Below the pieces are notes generated by a model. That model was not told where the DNA came from. It searched no databases and was given only the letters and a program-made list of their open reading frames with translations. A stretch of 64,000 nucleotides of DNA from Tetramitus jugosus. Taxonomy: Eukaryota; Protista; Heterolobosea. The DNA is taken from assembly GCA_937625935.1 (NCBI GenBank), contig OW569361.1:62001-126000 (forward strand), in the 5' to 3' direction. This document shows, one piece after another, positions 32,501 through 42,799 of this stretch. The translations under genes were made by a program, and so were the position numbers. Position 1 is the stretch's first letter; every line of letters starts with the position of its first letter.

Positions 32501-35500
32501 AAGAATGACCGAAGTAGAAATCTTGTATCTGATTTGTTCGTCAAAGGAATTCGAAAATGTGAAGGTCAGAGATGATGAAATTGATGAACTGCATGGCCTG
32601 ATGGACAATGCACCTGTAGAGGTTAAAGGGGGATTGGAGAATACAGCCGGAAAGGTCAACATTCTGCTCCAAAGTTACATTTCACACAAGGCAGTGAAAA
32701 GCTTCTCGTTGGTGTCTGATTGTTCCTATGTGGTTCAAAGTTTGGGCAGAATCGTCAGAGCATTGTTTGAAATTGCTATGAAACGTAGTTGGTCTCTCCT
32801 AGTGGACAAACTCCTGACTCTCTCAAAGTGCATTGAGAAGAGAATGTGGACATTTGATCATCCTTTGCGACAATTTGTAGGTCTTCCTTCATATATTTGT
32901 GCCAAACTCGAAGAGAAAAAAGCAACTCTTCAGCGTCTTCATGATATGGACGATAGTGAAATGTCTTCTCTCATCAATGTTCGCGGTTATGGATCAACTA
33001 TTCGAAAGTATTTGAATCAGTTCCCAACTTTAGAACTAACAACCCAGGTACAACCTATTACACACTCTGTTATCCGTATTCAATTGGTCATAACTCCAAC
33101 GTTTGAATGGAACGCCAAAGTTCATGGTGAAACTGAACCTTGGTGGATATGGATCGAGGATGAGAGCAGTGAGTATATTTATCACTCGGAATACTTTATT
33201 CTGAAACGAGCGGATGGAGAAGAGTCACAAACTTTAACATTTATTATTCCAATCAAGGAACCTCGCCCTACTCAGTACTACGTGAGAGCAGTCAGTGATC
33301 GATGGGTTGGAGCTGAGGCTATGGCCACGATACCTCTGAAGGATGTTGTCATGCCAGAAAATTATCCACCTCACACACCGTTGCTGCCTTTGACTCCCTT
33401 GAGAGTTTCTGCCCTTAAGAATCCCGAGTATGAACAGCTGTACAAAATTACGCACTTTAATCCTATCCAGACTCAAGTGTTCCATAATGTGTACAACACT
33501 GATAACAACATTCTCCTGGGTGCTCCGACAGGCAGTGGTAAGACTTTTGTGGCAGAGTTGGCAATGTATCGACTATTTAATGCACACCCTAAATCAAAGG
33601 TTGTCTACATTGCTCCTCTGAAGGCTCTTGTGCGTGAGAGAATGGTTGAATGGGAGCACAAGTTTGTCAAGACACTTAAAAAGACAATGGTAGAATTGAC
33701 CGGAGATTTCACACCTGATGTCAAACTGTTGAAGCAGGCTGATATTGTGATCACAACTCCTGAAAAATGGGATGGTATCAGCCGAAACTGGCAGAACAGA
33801 GGATATGTGAGAGATGTTGGATTAGTCATCATGGATGAGATTCATTTGCTCGGATCTGATCGTGGAGCCATTTTGGAAGTTATCGTTTCAAGAATGAGAT
33901 ATGTTTCTTGGACCACGAATCAACCAATTCGATTGGTTGGTTTGAGTACTGCCCTGGCAAATGCTCGAGATTTGGCTGATTGGTTGGGTATCGAGTCCCG
34001 AGGTTTATACAACTTTAGACCATCTGTTCGACCAGTTCCAATCACCGTGCATATCCAAGGATTCCCTGGACAGCATTATTGCCCTCGTATGGCCTCGATG
34101 AACAAGCCAACCTATCAAGCCATTTTGACACACTCCAGAAAGAAGCCTGTTCTTGTGTTTGTCTCATCAAGACGACAGACAAGACTCACAGCATCTGATT
34201 TGATTTCTTATTGTGCTGCAGATGAAAATCCAACACAATTTGTCAGGATGACAGAAGATGAGCTATATCTGACAACAAGCCGTGTGCAAGAGAGTGTGTT
34301 GAAGCACACATTGCAGTACGGTATTGGTGTGCATCATGCTGGTCTGTCTCCTTCAGACAAGGCTATTGTGGAAGAATTGTTCGTGTCAGAAAAGATTCAA
34401 GTCCTTGTTTGCACCAGTACCCTGGCTTGGGGTGTTAACTTCCCTGCGCATCTCGTTGTTATCAAGGGCACTGAGTTCTTTGATCCAAAGACCAAGCGTT
34501 ATGAAGATTTTGCCATTACTGATGTTTTGCAAATGATGGGTCGTGCGGGAAGACCACAGTTTGATAATGAGGGTAAAGCGGTCGTCCTAGTTCAGGACTC
34601 AAAGAAGAACTTTTACAAGAAGTTCCTTTATGAGCCATTCCCAGTCGAAAGTAGCTTGCAAAAGTGTCTGCATGATCACATTTGTGCGGAAATTGTTTCT
34701 GGCACCATCAAGAGCAGAAAGGATGCCATCGAGTATCTGACATGGACATTTATGTTTAGAAGATTGGTGCGCAATCCTTCATACTATGGATTGGAGGATT
34801 CATCGTTCGAAAGCCTGAACGGTTGGTTGTCTCAACTGTTGAACAATATTCTGTCTGATTTGACATTGGCTGGTTGTGTAAGTTGTCCAGATGAAAATCC
34901 AACCGCTACATCGCCTCTCGAGGCGACATCACTCGGTGTCATCAGTAGTTTCTACTACATGTCGTATGCTACTGCTGCCCACTTTGATAGAAAGGTCAGA
35001 GAGAACTCTAGCACTGAGCGCTTGTTGCAATTGCTCAGTGAAGCCAAAGAATTTGAAGAAATCCCAGTGAGACACAACGAAGACAAGTTGAACGCGACAC
35101 TTAAGGATCAACTCGAACTTCCACCATTTAACGACAATCTAGAGTCTCCGCACATTAAGACATTCCTTCTCTTGCAAGCACACTTTGGACAGGTGAAGAT
35201 GCCAATTGCGGATTATATTTCCGACTTGAAGACTGTTTTGGACTCTACCATCCGTATTATTCAGGCATATGTCGACATTGCTGCCGACAAGGGCTATTTG
35301 ACTGCTGTGTTGAATCTGATGGAACTCTTGCAAATGATTATGCAAGGCAGATGGTATCATGAATCTTCCTTGAAAGTGCTTCCGGGCATCAGAGATGACA
35401 CTATAGACTCCTTGGCTCGAAATGGTATTGAGTCCATTCCACAATTCCTTGCTCTATCCGACAAGGATGCCTCTGCACTATTGTCCAAGGCACATGTGGG

Positions 35501-35894
35501 ATCAAACCAAATCTCACGAATTTTGGAAGTCAAGCACAAGTTGCCAATCATGGATATGAAGATCAACGAGCTAGAATATAATCAAGAAGAAGGAACCATC
35601 ACTGTCAAGATCCATATTGATCGTCTGACAAAGAACAGAGGTCAAGCGTACACACCAAGCTATAGCAAGTTCAAAGATGAGGGATATTGGGTTGTGATTG
35701 GAGATTTGAGCTCTGGCGTGATCATGGACGACGGTTCCAAGTCTGGTGAGCTCTTGGCTCTCAAGAGAATCCGTATTGATCAAGCATTGGACACTGAGCT
35801 CGTCATTCCACTTGCAAAGGACAAGAACTTGACTCTATTCCTCATGAGTGATGCATACCTCGGTCTAGATCAACAAACTGATTTTGCTGTGTAA
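29502..35894 (+). CDS. ASCC3: ASCC3/Slh1 Ski2-like helicase (two helicase-Sec63 cassettes)
   Basis: CAPTGCGKTN/DEVH and GAPTGSGKT/DEIH cassettes. HYCPRMASMNKP, TSTLAWGVNFPAH and FYKKFLYEPFPVES point to ASCC3 rather than Brr2. Likely ATG at 29502. Confidence 0.92.
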   Translation: MTSTHQQPRLSFMLRTQLGKENAYESTNKHYIQLFDKIEQKRQRLQEEQLAIHSLTWHFIKQRISIKQENAVIELNNGRAYLNALIQSVRELGGGIEERDVPVVARQFYIACTKDQVKRKQLSVQRVTDDLSKLFNSRKMNKVSVQKATEHANKLVAWVDEHSTPEGRAMKDTVDDEDESGFNNENIVFSEESFASEYGGNIVMNRLKPFSYRGLKRKAEFLYAKSVDVLLSQHAEKQRQKQDQELNDEKRTSEESSASNAINIGWLKSELQKLYGGNELTNNILDILDKSSNEFEMQSQLFEALGEKGISLMEQLITNRNYLIKEYYNMKLMQSGPRTKRTALDTAIFQTQSEKELEKKMRKASRKIGRQKNTRDQYDDTEDKIKWLEAIIFQKKKISRDVHSGDKARVLRLTEDDVYEERRVSDPLQQLKRVEFKGYEEVHVPPASLPKHDLRLIPVTEFTPIGQKAFKGFQNLNRVQSHVFHTAYKTNENMLVCAPTGCGKTNIAMMTMLHEIEKHFRDGLLRREEFKMIYIAPMKALAQEMVESFSKRLAPLGVVVQEMTGDMQLSKREVQRTQLIVTTPEKWDVVTRKASDLSLIQLVRLIVIDEVHLLNEDRGPVIETIVARTLRQVETTQSMIRIVGLSATLPNYEDVAEFLRVNPLVGLYHFDNSFRPVPLAQQFIGVTKTNMLDKLKLYNEICYKKVEESLENGYQAMVFVHSRKETATTARALFETAVTEGMTHLFVPQEMESWAVKGIKSSTNKELKELLGLGFGIHNAGMLRSDRNLVEKMFSAGYLRVLVCTATLAWGVNLPAHTVVIKGTEVYNAKKGQMTELGMLDVMQIFGRAGRPQFDTSGEGIIITTHQQLPRYLALLNHALPIESQLKSELANHLNAEIVLGTVSNIREATQWLKYTYLYLRMLKNPMAYGIDSDLMRFDRHLHSEREELIKLAAKLLGESKMAMYDEASGSLTATDLGRVASHYYIHYETIQNINRLINPRMTEVEILYLICSSKEFENVKVRDDEIDELHGLMDNAPVEVKGGLENTAGKVNILLQSYISHKAVKSFSLVSDCSYVVQSLGRIVRALFEIAMKRSWSLLVDKLLTLSKCIEKRMWTFDHPLRQFVGLPSYICAKLEEKKATLQRLHDMDDSEMSSLINVRGYGSTIRKYLNQFPTLELTTQVQPITHSVIRIQLVITPTFEWNAKVHGETEPWWIWIEDESSEYIYHSEYFILKRADGEESQTLTFIIPIKEPRPTQYYVRAVSDRWVGAEAMATIPLKDVVMPENYPPHTPLLPLTPLRVSALKNPEYEQLYKITHFNPIQTQVFHNVYNTDNNILLGAPTGSGKTFVAELAMYRLFNAHPKSKVVYIAPLKALVRERMVEWEHKFVKTLKKTMVELTGDFTPDVKLLKQADIVITTPEKWDGISRNWQNRGYVRDVGLVIMDEIHLLGSDRGAILEVIVSRMRYVSWTTNQPIRLVGLSTALANARDLADWLGIESRGLYNFRPSVRPVPITVHIQGFPGQHYCPRMASMNKPTYQAILTHSRKKPVLVFVSSRRQTRLTASDLISYCAADENPTQFVRMTEDELYLTTSRVQESVLKHTLQYGIGVHHAGLSPSDKAIVEELFVSEKIQVLVCTSTLAWGVNFPAHLVVIKGTEFFDPKTKRYEDFAITDVLQMMGRAGRPQFDNEGKAVVLVQDSKKNFYKKFLYEPFPVESSLQKCLHDHICAEIVSGTIKSRKDAIEYLTWTFMFRRLVRNPSYYGLEDSSFESLNGWLSQLLNNILSDLTLAGCVSCPDENPTATSPLEATSLGVISSFYYMSYATAAHFDRKVRENSSTERLLQLLSEAKEFEEIPVRHNEDKLNATLKDQLELPPFNDNLESPHIKTFLLLQAHFGQVKMPIADYISDLKTVLDSTIRIIQAYVDIAADKGYLTAVLNLMELLQMIMQGRWYHESSLKVLPGIRDDTIDSLARNGIESIPQFLALSDKDASALLSKAHVGSNQISRILEVKHKLPIMDMKINELEYNQEEGTITVKIHIDRLTKNRGQAYTPSYSKFKDEGYWVVIGDLSSGVIMDDGSKSGELLALKRIRIDQALDTELVIPLAKDKNLTLFLMSDAYLGLDQQTDFAV

Positions 35895-36036
35895 TAATAC
35901 ATCACAAATTTGTTTGGAATGTCGATTGACCAATAAAAACCACGTGCCAGTTTAGCGTAAAAGAATTTGCAAACACTTCAATATTTTTCCCGGCTGCTTC
36001 CTGCGGAAAATCTTTCCAAAAAACAAAACAAAAAAG

Positions 36037-37008
36037 ATGATGCGACGCACTCTCATTGCCAAAACTAGATGCACCATTCACCATGCTGCATTGTTGAGCA
36101 CTCAACAATCTGGACACCACCACCACAAGATCTCCTCCTCCTTCCGTCGACCACTCTTCTTTCAACAACTACAGCCATATCATCCCGAACCATTCCATTT
36201 TCAACAACAACAACAAACTACCAATAACAACAATGAAAGAGGCTCTTCATCTTCCTCTGCCAAGGATTTCAAGCTCTATTTTGGACCAACAAACGAACCA
36301 CTCACTGTCAACAACATTACTTCCATTAGACAATTGAGACAAAGAGCTGCTCAATGGCTCAACGTTGAAGACTTGAGCAAAATTCGTCTCGTTCAACTCC
36401 CAAGCAATCATCAGAACATGAATCGTGCTGCTCAACAACAACAACAACAACAACAACAGAAAGAACAAAAATCAGCAGCACCAGCACCACAATTGACCAA
36501 TGGTGAGAAACAATTGGCAGGATTGGTGAAACCAAGTGATTCTGCAATTTTGCACGACGATAGCAAAATGGAAGCTGAAGGGAACAATGTTCAAATTTTG
36601 GTCGAAATGCCAGTCAAGATTCGAAATCCGCTCTACGCCAACGATCCATTCGATCTTTATTTGCACGACGTGTATGATACACAGGATTTTTCAAGAGCGC
36701 TCGATTTGTATGGACCATGGAAACACAAGATGAAAATTGTAAAGTTTGCGTATCAGGAGGGGTATGGCCCTGATTACGCCGGCACGGAGAATGAGAACCC
36801 CCTGTCGCGTGTGCTCATTTCTCGTGATGAGACTGCGAAATCGATTCAGGAACGAGGAATGAACGCAAAGTTTATTGAAATGGCAGGCAAGGGCAAGAAT
36901 TTTGAGTTGGTTACGGTGCCAAACTCCAAGCGCAGAGCCCTCACGACTCTCCTTTTGTCTCTCGTACTTGGTTTGGACATTGTATTGTATTGCTACGTGT
37001 TGCCATAA
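36037..37008 (+). CDS. Hypothetical protein with presequence-like N-terminus and C-terminal TM helix
   Basis: 323-aa ORF with an Arg-rich, acid-free N-terminus, poly-Q and a hydrophobic tail (LLLSLVLGLDIVLYCYVL). Confidence 0.55.
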   Translation: MMRRTLIAKTRCTIHHAALLSTQQSGHHHHKISSSFRRPLFFQQLQPYHPEPFHFQQQQQTTNNNNERGSSSSSAKDFKLYFGPTNEPLTVNNITSIRQLRQRAAQWLNVEDLSKIRLVQLPSNHQNMNRAAQQQQQQQQQKEQKSAAPAPQLTNGEKQLAGLVKPSDSAILHDDSKMEAEGNNVQILVEMPVKIRNPLYANDPFDLYLHDVYDTQDFSRALDLYGPWKHKMKIVKFAYQEGYGPDYAGTENENPLSRVLISRDETAKSIQERGMNAKFIEMAGKGKNFELVTVPNSKRRALTTLLLSLVLGLDIVLYCYVLP

Positions 37009-37178
37009 GGTGAATGACCATGCAAGCTGGTGATGGGAGCTCTATAATAAATTTCAACTTTTTGTATTACCCTAATTCTGTTTTTTGTATTCATGAAAAT
37101 TCGGCGGCAAAACTCGACACCAAAATCAGGCCAAACAAAAGAAAAGAGAAAACAACAACAAGAAGAAAAAACCAAAAA

Positions 37179-38543
37179 ATGCTAACAAGAAATTCGAGCA
37201 ATCATGGCATCTCAAAAAAGAGATCATCATCCTCACTGTTATCTCAATCATTGATGCGACAACAACAACAACATGAAGAAGAATCAGATGAAGACGAACA
37301 ACAACAACAACAACAAGAAAATGAAAACACTTTTGAATCATCAAATTCGCAGCACAACAATAGACCAACAATCGACGTATCCAAAATCATTCATTTCAGT
37401 ACCAGTAGTAATAACAACAATCACAACAATAACAATATTACCAACAACAACATGACAACAACAAACAATTCAACAACGAATACGTCGACTACAACCACCA
37501 CCACCACTACTACTACTACCAGTAGTGGAAGTAGTAGTAGTAGTTCAAGCAATTCTAAACCATTTCAAATTCCAGAAGCGTTCGGTATCATTGAATCTGA
37601 AGTGTATCGTTGCAGTCTTCCCACAAAAAGTGATCATTTTTCATTTTTGGAGACACTTGAATTGAAGAGCATCGTGTTTCTGTCTCAAGAAGTCCTAGAG
37701 AAATCATTTGTTCAATTCTGTGAAAAAAATCGAGTCAAATTGATCAATTTGGGCACCACTCTTGTTCAATATCCATCTGTTAGCAGCAGCAATAGTTGGA
37801 ATTTTATGGGTAATAGTGGAGCTTTTATCGATCGAGCGAATAATCATCGACATGCTCCAATTTATTCTTCTGCGACGACTGCTGCCATGACGACGAATGC
37901 CATGGCAACTACTTTGATGACAAATGGAGGTACTACTACCAAGAGTAGCACAAGTATGGTTGGATCAAAAAATGGTACTAATAATGTGAAGAGAAATGGT
38001 GGTGGTCATGGGTTAGTGGATGACTCATCATCCGTGTCTTCACACGTTTCTTGCACCTCGTGGAAACACTGTAGTGAACAATTGATAAAGGAGACGTTGG
38101 AGCTATTGTTGGACAAGAGAAATCATCCAATGATGATCATGTGTAGCTCTGGTGTTCATTTAACGGGTACGGTCGTCGGATGTTTGCGTAGATTGCAATC
38201 ATGGTCATTGACATCGATATTGGACGAGTATGAGAGCTTTGCTCATCACAAATCACGATATGTCGATCGTCAGTTCATTGAGTTGTTTGATACGGATTTG
38301 GTTTGTGTGCCGATTGATCCTTACATACCGCACTGGTTCATCGTACAAAAGGATATGATGAGATGTGAGTTGCAATATCTCAGTCGGAACAAGGTGATTG
38401 TCAAGAGCAGTCAGGTGCCCACATTTTCAAAAGATGATAAGCGTATGGCCTTCCAGGAATATTGGTTCTGCAGAGACGCCCCACTCATTAGTGCCAAATC
38501 TACTTTCACAAAACAGAGTGTCATTGAAGAAGAAGATGAGTAA
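37179..38543 (+). CDS. Oca/Siw14-family (PFA-DSP) phosphatase-like protein, probably catalytically degenerate
   Basis: IPEAFGIIESEVYRC, FLETLELKSIVFLS, MCSSGVHLTGTVVGCLRRLQSWSLTSILDEY and QFIELFD. Confidence 0.85.
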   Translation: MLTRNSSNHGISKKRSSSSLLSQSLMRQQQQHEEESDEDEQQQQQQENENTFESSNSQHNNRPTIDVSKIIHFSTSSNNNNHNNNNITNNNMTTTNNSTTNTSTTTTTTTTTTTSSGSSSSSSSNSKPFQIPEAFGIIESEVYRCSLPTKSDHFSFLETLELKSIVFLSQEVLEKSFVQFCEKNRVKLINLGTTLVQYPSVSSSNSWNFMGNSGAFIDRANNHRHAPIYSSATTAAMTTNAMATTLMTNGGTTTKSSTSMVGSKNGTNNVKRNGGGHGLVDDSSSVSSHVSCTSWKHCSEQLIKETLELLLDKRNHPMMIMCSSGVHLTGTVVGCLRRLQSWSLTSILDEYESFAHHKSRYVDRQFIELFDTDLVCVPIDPYIPHWFIVQKDMMRCELQYLSRNKVIVKSSQVPTFSKDDKRMAFQEYWFCRDAPLISAKSTFTKQSVIEEEDE

Positions 38544-38584
38544 TAGTGGTACAGAGATATGTTTGAAACGAATACAAGTTGTAT

Positions 38585-39772
38585 TTATGTGCATCCCTTG
38601 TATTTATTGTATTTGCACATGTGAACAACTCGTAGATCCAAGTAACTATTCTTCAATACAGATTCATGATCATCAAGGTATATCTCCTTGTGAAACCTGT
38701 AGAGTTTGTTTGACACGGATGCCGATTTGGTCGAGTTGTTTGCTGGCAGAATCATGATTGCATACGAGTGTTGATGTTTCAAACCTCGCACCGACCGTTC
38801 AATAATAGTCGTACTGTTGTGCTCAATCATAGTGAGATCCTCTGCCTTCTGATCAGAATACACATAGTAGGTCGATGTCGGCGAGTATCCATTCACATAT
38901 TTTCGCCAAGGAAACTGTACAGTGTATATCCTGACCATTACATGGTCATAGGGATACATTTCGTCGTATGTGTTATTGAACTGTAAATTTAGCGTGTTAT
39001 TGATCGAGTGAGATGCGAAGTGTATGCTCTGGACTCTCGAATAAGAGACTGCGAAATTCCTTCGGGTGATGATTGGAGAGAGCAGCATTGCTGTGGGCCA
39101 GAACAACAGCACAATTGCAAATAGTGCTATGTATTTGACAAATCTGGGATGAGGGTGCATGACTGCACCTGGTGCTGCTAATAACAACACTACAAGCACA
39201 AGCATGAACAAGGCCCATAACACTCCAAACACAAATAACGGAACGTCATAACCCAACGTGTCGACACCTAATTTGCATGAGCTTGTCCTCTCGTGGCAAT
39301 ACTTTAGCGTAGGAAATACCAGTGACAAAACAACAACAACAATGGCATAAATCAGAGATCCAAAGAAGCAAGCTGCAGCCACAAGGTGATAATACTTTCT
39401 AAAGCCTATTCGTCTAAAGAACCCTTTTCGCTTCTTCTTTTTTCTATTGAATGTGTCCTCCTCCTTGACAGTTTTCCGGTTATTGATGGCAGGTGCAATC
39501 GTATCCAGCAATGAAGAAGTAGAAGACGAATTGCCCAGAGGAATCAAAGACAAGGGATTATTGGGTGGAGAATCTTGAGTACCTCTCTCACTGCTTTGAC
39601 TGCCACTCCGTGTTTCTCGCAATCGTTCTACCTGGGTGAACGCGAGAGAAATACCAGAGAGATCACCTGATGAATGAGACGAGAAACTAGTATGAGAGGA
39701 ACCAGAGCTCAGCGAACCGGAGTGAGATGATGACACGGATGGAAGTTGCTGATGGCCGGTAGAAGCACTCAT
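38585..39772 (-). CDS. Multi-pass membrane protein, unknown function
   Basis: Ser-rich N-terminus, three hydrophobic segments and a beta-rich C-terminal region (VRGLKHQHSYAIMI, FN3-like, weak). Confidence 0.6.
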   Translation of the reverse strand: MSASTGHQQLPSVSSSHSGSLSSGSSHTSFSSHSSGDLSGISLAFTQVERLRETRSGSQSSERGTQDSPPNNPLSLIPLGNSSSTSSLLDTIAPAINNRKTVKEEDTFNRKKKKRKGFFRRIGFRKYYHLVAAACFFGSLIYAIVVVVLSLVFPTLKYCHERTSSCKLGVDTLGYDVPLFVFGVLWALFMLVLVVLLLAAPGAVMHPHPRFVKYIALFAIVLLFWPTAMLLSPIITRRNFAVSYSRVQSIHFASHSINNTLNLQFNNTYDEMYPYDHVMVRIYTVQFPWRKYVNGYSPTSTYYVYSDQKAEDLTMIEHNSTTIIERSVRGLKHQHSYAIMILPANNSTKSASVSNKLYRFHKEIYLDDHESVLKNSYLDLRVVHMCKYNKYKGCT

Positions 39773-40010
39773 AATCCTAAAGTTCTCACTCACTCGCTCA
39801 CTTTGATCTTTCGTAAGTTTTTGAGCTATTGGGCCAAAGAAGTTCGCCCTGTAAATTATATCTCCGATCCGATGAACGGACTATTAACTTCACTTACAAC
39901 GTTGAAGCGACAAAAATTCATTGAACAAAAAATCATTCAATTTTCACACCAAACACAATAAACAAGAACAACCAAGAACAACAGAAATCATTGCTTTACA
40001 GTGTGAAAAC

Positions 40011-42695
40011 ATGGTCACTAAAACACCACAAAAGCTGACGACTGCAAGCAATAAGACGACACCAAAATCATCATCAGCTCAAAAGAAGCGCACCACCAAC
40101 ACACCTTCATCTCAACTCAAAAAAGGTCAACAAAATGAATCACAACAACCAAAGAAGGTGACTCAACAACAAACACCATCCCACAACAGCAACAAGAAGA
40201 CACAAAACACACCTTCCAAAACACAAAGTGCTAAAAAATCAGCCAAACACACCCCCGCACAAAAACAACAAAAATCAAAGCCAGTCATTGATGCTGTCGA
40301 GCAAAAACAACAACAACAACCAGAGGAAGAAGATGTAATGACTTTGGATGTGAGAGAAGAAATGGATTACAATGAAGAAATATCATCATCCGCTTCACCA
40401 AAACAACAACAACACAATTTAAAGCGAAAATTGAACGAAATCAATCAAGATGAAGAAGAAACGAAATCGACAATAGTTGACGAACAAGCGGAAGATGATT
40501 CAATCAATATGATCTCTCAATCTCGTTCCTACATGAGATTCTTTGATATCAATTCCTTTTATCAACCATATGCCATCAGAAGAATGGCATTCAACAGAGA
40601 TGAGACATTGTTGGCTGTGGCTCGCATGAGTTCAGAGATTGAAATTTGGAAAACTCCAAAACACTGCAGCAGCAGCAGCAGCATTCAAAGAGACTCTAGC
40701 ACTCGTTCTCTGCGTGCAATGAACAATGAATGGACACTGTTGAAGAAGATTTCTGCCAAGAAGAACACATCGATCGAATCCATTGGTTGGATGAGACCAA
40801 AAAAGGGTGCCAAGGATCAATCTGATCGCTTGTTCACTGCTGGATTGCACGGTGTAGTGACCGAGTGGGACCTCAATACTCTGTTACCAAAGAGAATGAG
40901 TGGTGCATATGGTGGAGCCATTTGGAGCATGGCCATTCATGAACAGACCATTGCAATCGCGTGCGAAGACGGTCTCGTTCGTCTCTACAACAGTGATTTG
41001 TTGTTGAAGCAGCACTTGGGCCCTAGCAAATCCGAAACCATTCCAAACAATAACAAGCTGAAGCACTGTGAAGGAAATCGATTGTTGGCTGTTTGTTTCA
41101 ATCATGATGGAACAAGAATGTTCTGTGGTGGTTTGACTGGAGCCTATTGCTTTGATCTCAAATCAGGATCATTGGCATACAAGATTCCTCTACAGGCCAG
41201 TATTTGCACTGCTCTGTGCTACTTGAAGGATGAAACATTGATTGTGGGAGATTCCTCTGGTCAAACACTGTTTTGTGATGCAAAGTTTGGTACTGTTTTG
41301 TCCTCTCACAAGGAACATTTGGCCGATGTGTTGCAAATTGTGCCAACCAGTTGTCAAACCAAGGTACTAGTCACCGGTATTCACCCTAGAGTCAGCATGT
41401 TCCAAAAGGGTTCAAACGCCAATCAATGGGTTCACACAAGAGGCAAGTATCCACACAATCATGACTTGTATGCAATTGCCATTTATGACGATGCTCACGT
41501 GTTTGCTGGTGGATTGGATGGAAGACTGTCATTTGTGGAACTATCCGACTTCTTTGCCAGAGAAGAAACAACATCTCGACACTTTGGTTTGATACCAGCA
41601 AGTGATCTATCTATTGCACGGAACATCTCCATCGCAGCAAAGAATAGCGAAACCAAGAGCGAACAACGCCTGCTGTTCGTCTCTGACAACCGTAATGTCA
41701 TATCAGTGGTTCAACTGCCTGACAAGGTGCACGTTGTTTCTGAAGAGCCTGTGCTCAAGAAGCCAAAGTATGACTCTGACCTTGTTTTGAATGATCAAGT
41801 ATTGTCCAATGGTTTAATATCGCAATTGTTGGCTGTGAGCAAGGGCGGATGGACAATGTCATCTTTTGCTGTCTCTCCAGACGGAAAGACTGTCTGCTGT
41901 TGCGGTCCAGATTTCTCTGCCATTTTCCGATTGGAATTCACTGTTGATGAAGACAACAATGTTAACATTAAGGTGACAGAGAGATTCGATATGAAGAATT
42001 TGAATGTTACTCCTGGATTGCACTGTGCATTCGTTAACAACCAAATTGTTGCTGTGGCATCACGCACCAACGAAACACTACAACTGTTTAATGTCGAACA
42101 GAAGAAACTGGTGTACTTTTATGATTTGAAATCGTTGAATGATCAGACTAGTGCCATCAGCACTCAATCCCTCTATTTCCCAACCTCTGTTCACTCCTTG
42201 TGTGCCAATGAGAAGTACATTGTGGTTGCACGAGGACAGAGCATATTTGTGTTCGATGTTCAGAACCATGAATCCACCAAGCCTGTGTGGTCCATGTCTC
42301 TCGTTTCCGAAAGTGACACTGTCGTGTACAAGGTGGCCTTCTTGGACGAAACATCATTCTACATGCTATCGAGTCACAACAAGCTCGGTATCTATGACAT
42401 AACGGAGAAGAAGGTTGTGCAGGATATGACTGTGGGACGAACGGGAGAAGACATGAGAGGTGGAGTGCGAGGACTCGTCAAGGGTCAATCATCCATCCAC
42501 GCCTACACAAACTACTCTCTGTTCAACATGCACGACTCGTCCTACGAGAGAAAACATCGACCAAGAATCGATGAGATGATGATTATGAATGTCCTGCCAC
42601 TCACCAACGACGAATATGCAATGATCCGATTCGACTACAAGAGCTTTTATTTAACACTTCTTGGTGTTGTGTACCGTAAGAGATATGGTACATAA
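40011..42695 (+). CDS. UTP4: U3 snoRNP/SSU processome WD40 protein Utp4 (cirhin)
   Basis: LAVARMSSEIEIW, RLFTAGLHGVVTEWDL, GGAIWSMA, IACEDG, HLADVL, HNHDL and C-terminal RKRYGT. Confidence 0.85.
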   Translation: MVTKTPQKLTTASNKTTPKSSSAQKKRTTNTPSSQLKKGQQNESQQPKKVTQQQTPSHNSNKKTQNTPSKTQSAKKSAKHTPAQKQQKSKPVIDAVEQKQQQQPEEEDVMTLDVREEMDYNEEISSSASPKQQQHNLKRKLNEINQDEEETKSTIVDEQAEDDSINMISQSRSYMRFFDINSFYQPYAIRRMAFNRDETLLAVARMSSEIEIWKTPKHCSSSSSIQRDSSTRSLRAMNNEWTLLKKISAKKNTSIESIGWMRPKKGAKDQSDRLFTAGLHGVVTEWDLNTLLPKRMSGAYGGAIWSMAIHEQTIAIACEDGLVRLYNSDLLLKQHLGPSKSETIPNNNKLKHCEGNRLLAVCFNHDGTRMFCGGLTGAYCFDLKSGSLAYKIPLQASICTALCYLKDETLIVGDSSGQTLFCDAKFGTVLSSHKEHLADVLQIVPTSCQTKVLVTGIHPRVSMFQKGSNANQWVHTRGKYPHNHDLYAIAIYDDAHVFAGGLDGRLSFVELSDFFAREETTSRHFGLIPASDLSIARNISIAAKNSETKSEQRLLFVSDNRNVISVVQLPDKVHVVSEEPVLKKPKYDSDLVLNDQVLSNGLISQLLAVSKGGWTMSSFAVSPDGKTVCCCGPDFSAIFRLEFTVDEDNNVNIKVTERFDMKNLNVTPGLHCAFVNNQIVAVASRTNETLQLFNVEQKKLVYFYDLKSLNDQTSAISTQSLYFPTSVHSLCANEKYIVVARGQSIFVFDVQNHESTKPVWSMSLVSESDTVVYKVAFLDETSFYMLSSHNKLGIYDITEKKVVQDMTVGRTGEDMRGGVRGLVKGQSSIHAYTNYSLFNMHDSSYERKHRPRIDEMMIMNVLPLTNDEYAMIRFDYKSFYLTLLGVVYRKRYGT

Positions 42696-42799
42696 TCACA
42701 ACCACCACTCACACAAACGCAAAAAACAATAAAACTCCTCCACACAACAAAAACAAATTCTCCTCCGTCAAAAAACAAAAGACATGTAAAAAAGAACAG

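Noticed and set aside
29502-35894. Brr2/SNRNP200 as an alternative identity for the helicase
   Set aside because: The second cassette keeps intact GKT/DEIH motifs and the ASCC3-type HYCPRM and FLYEPFPVES segments.
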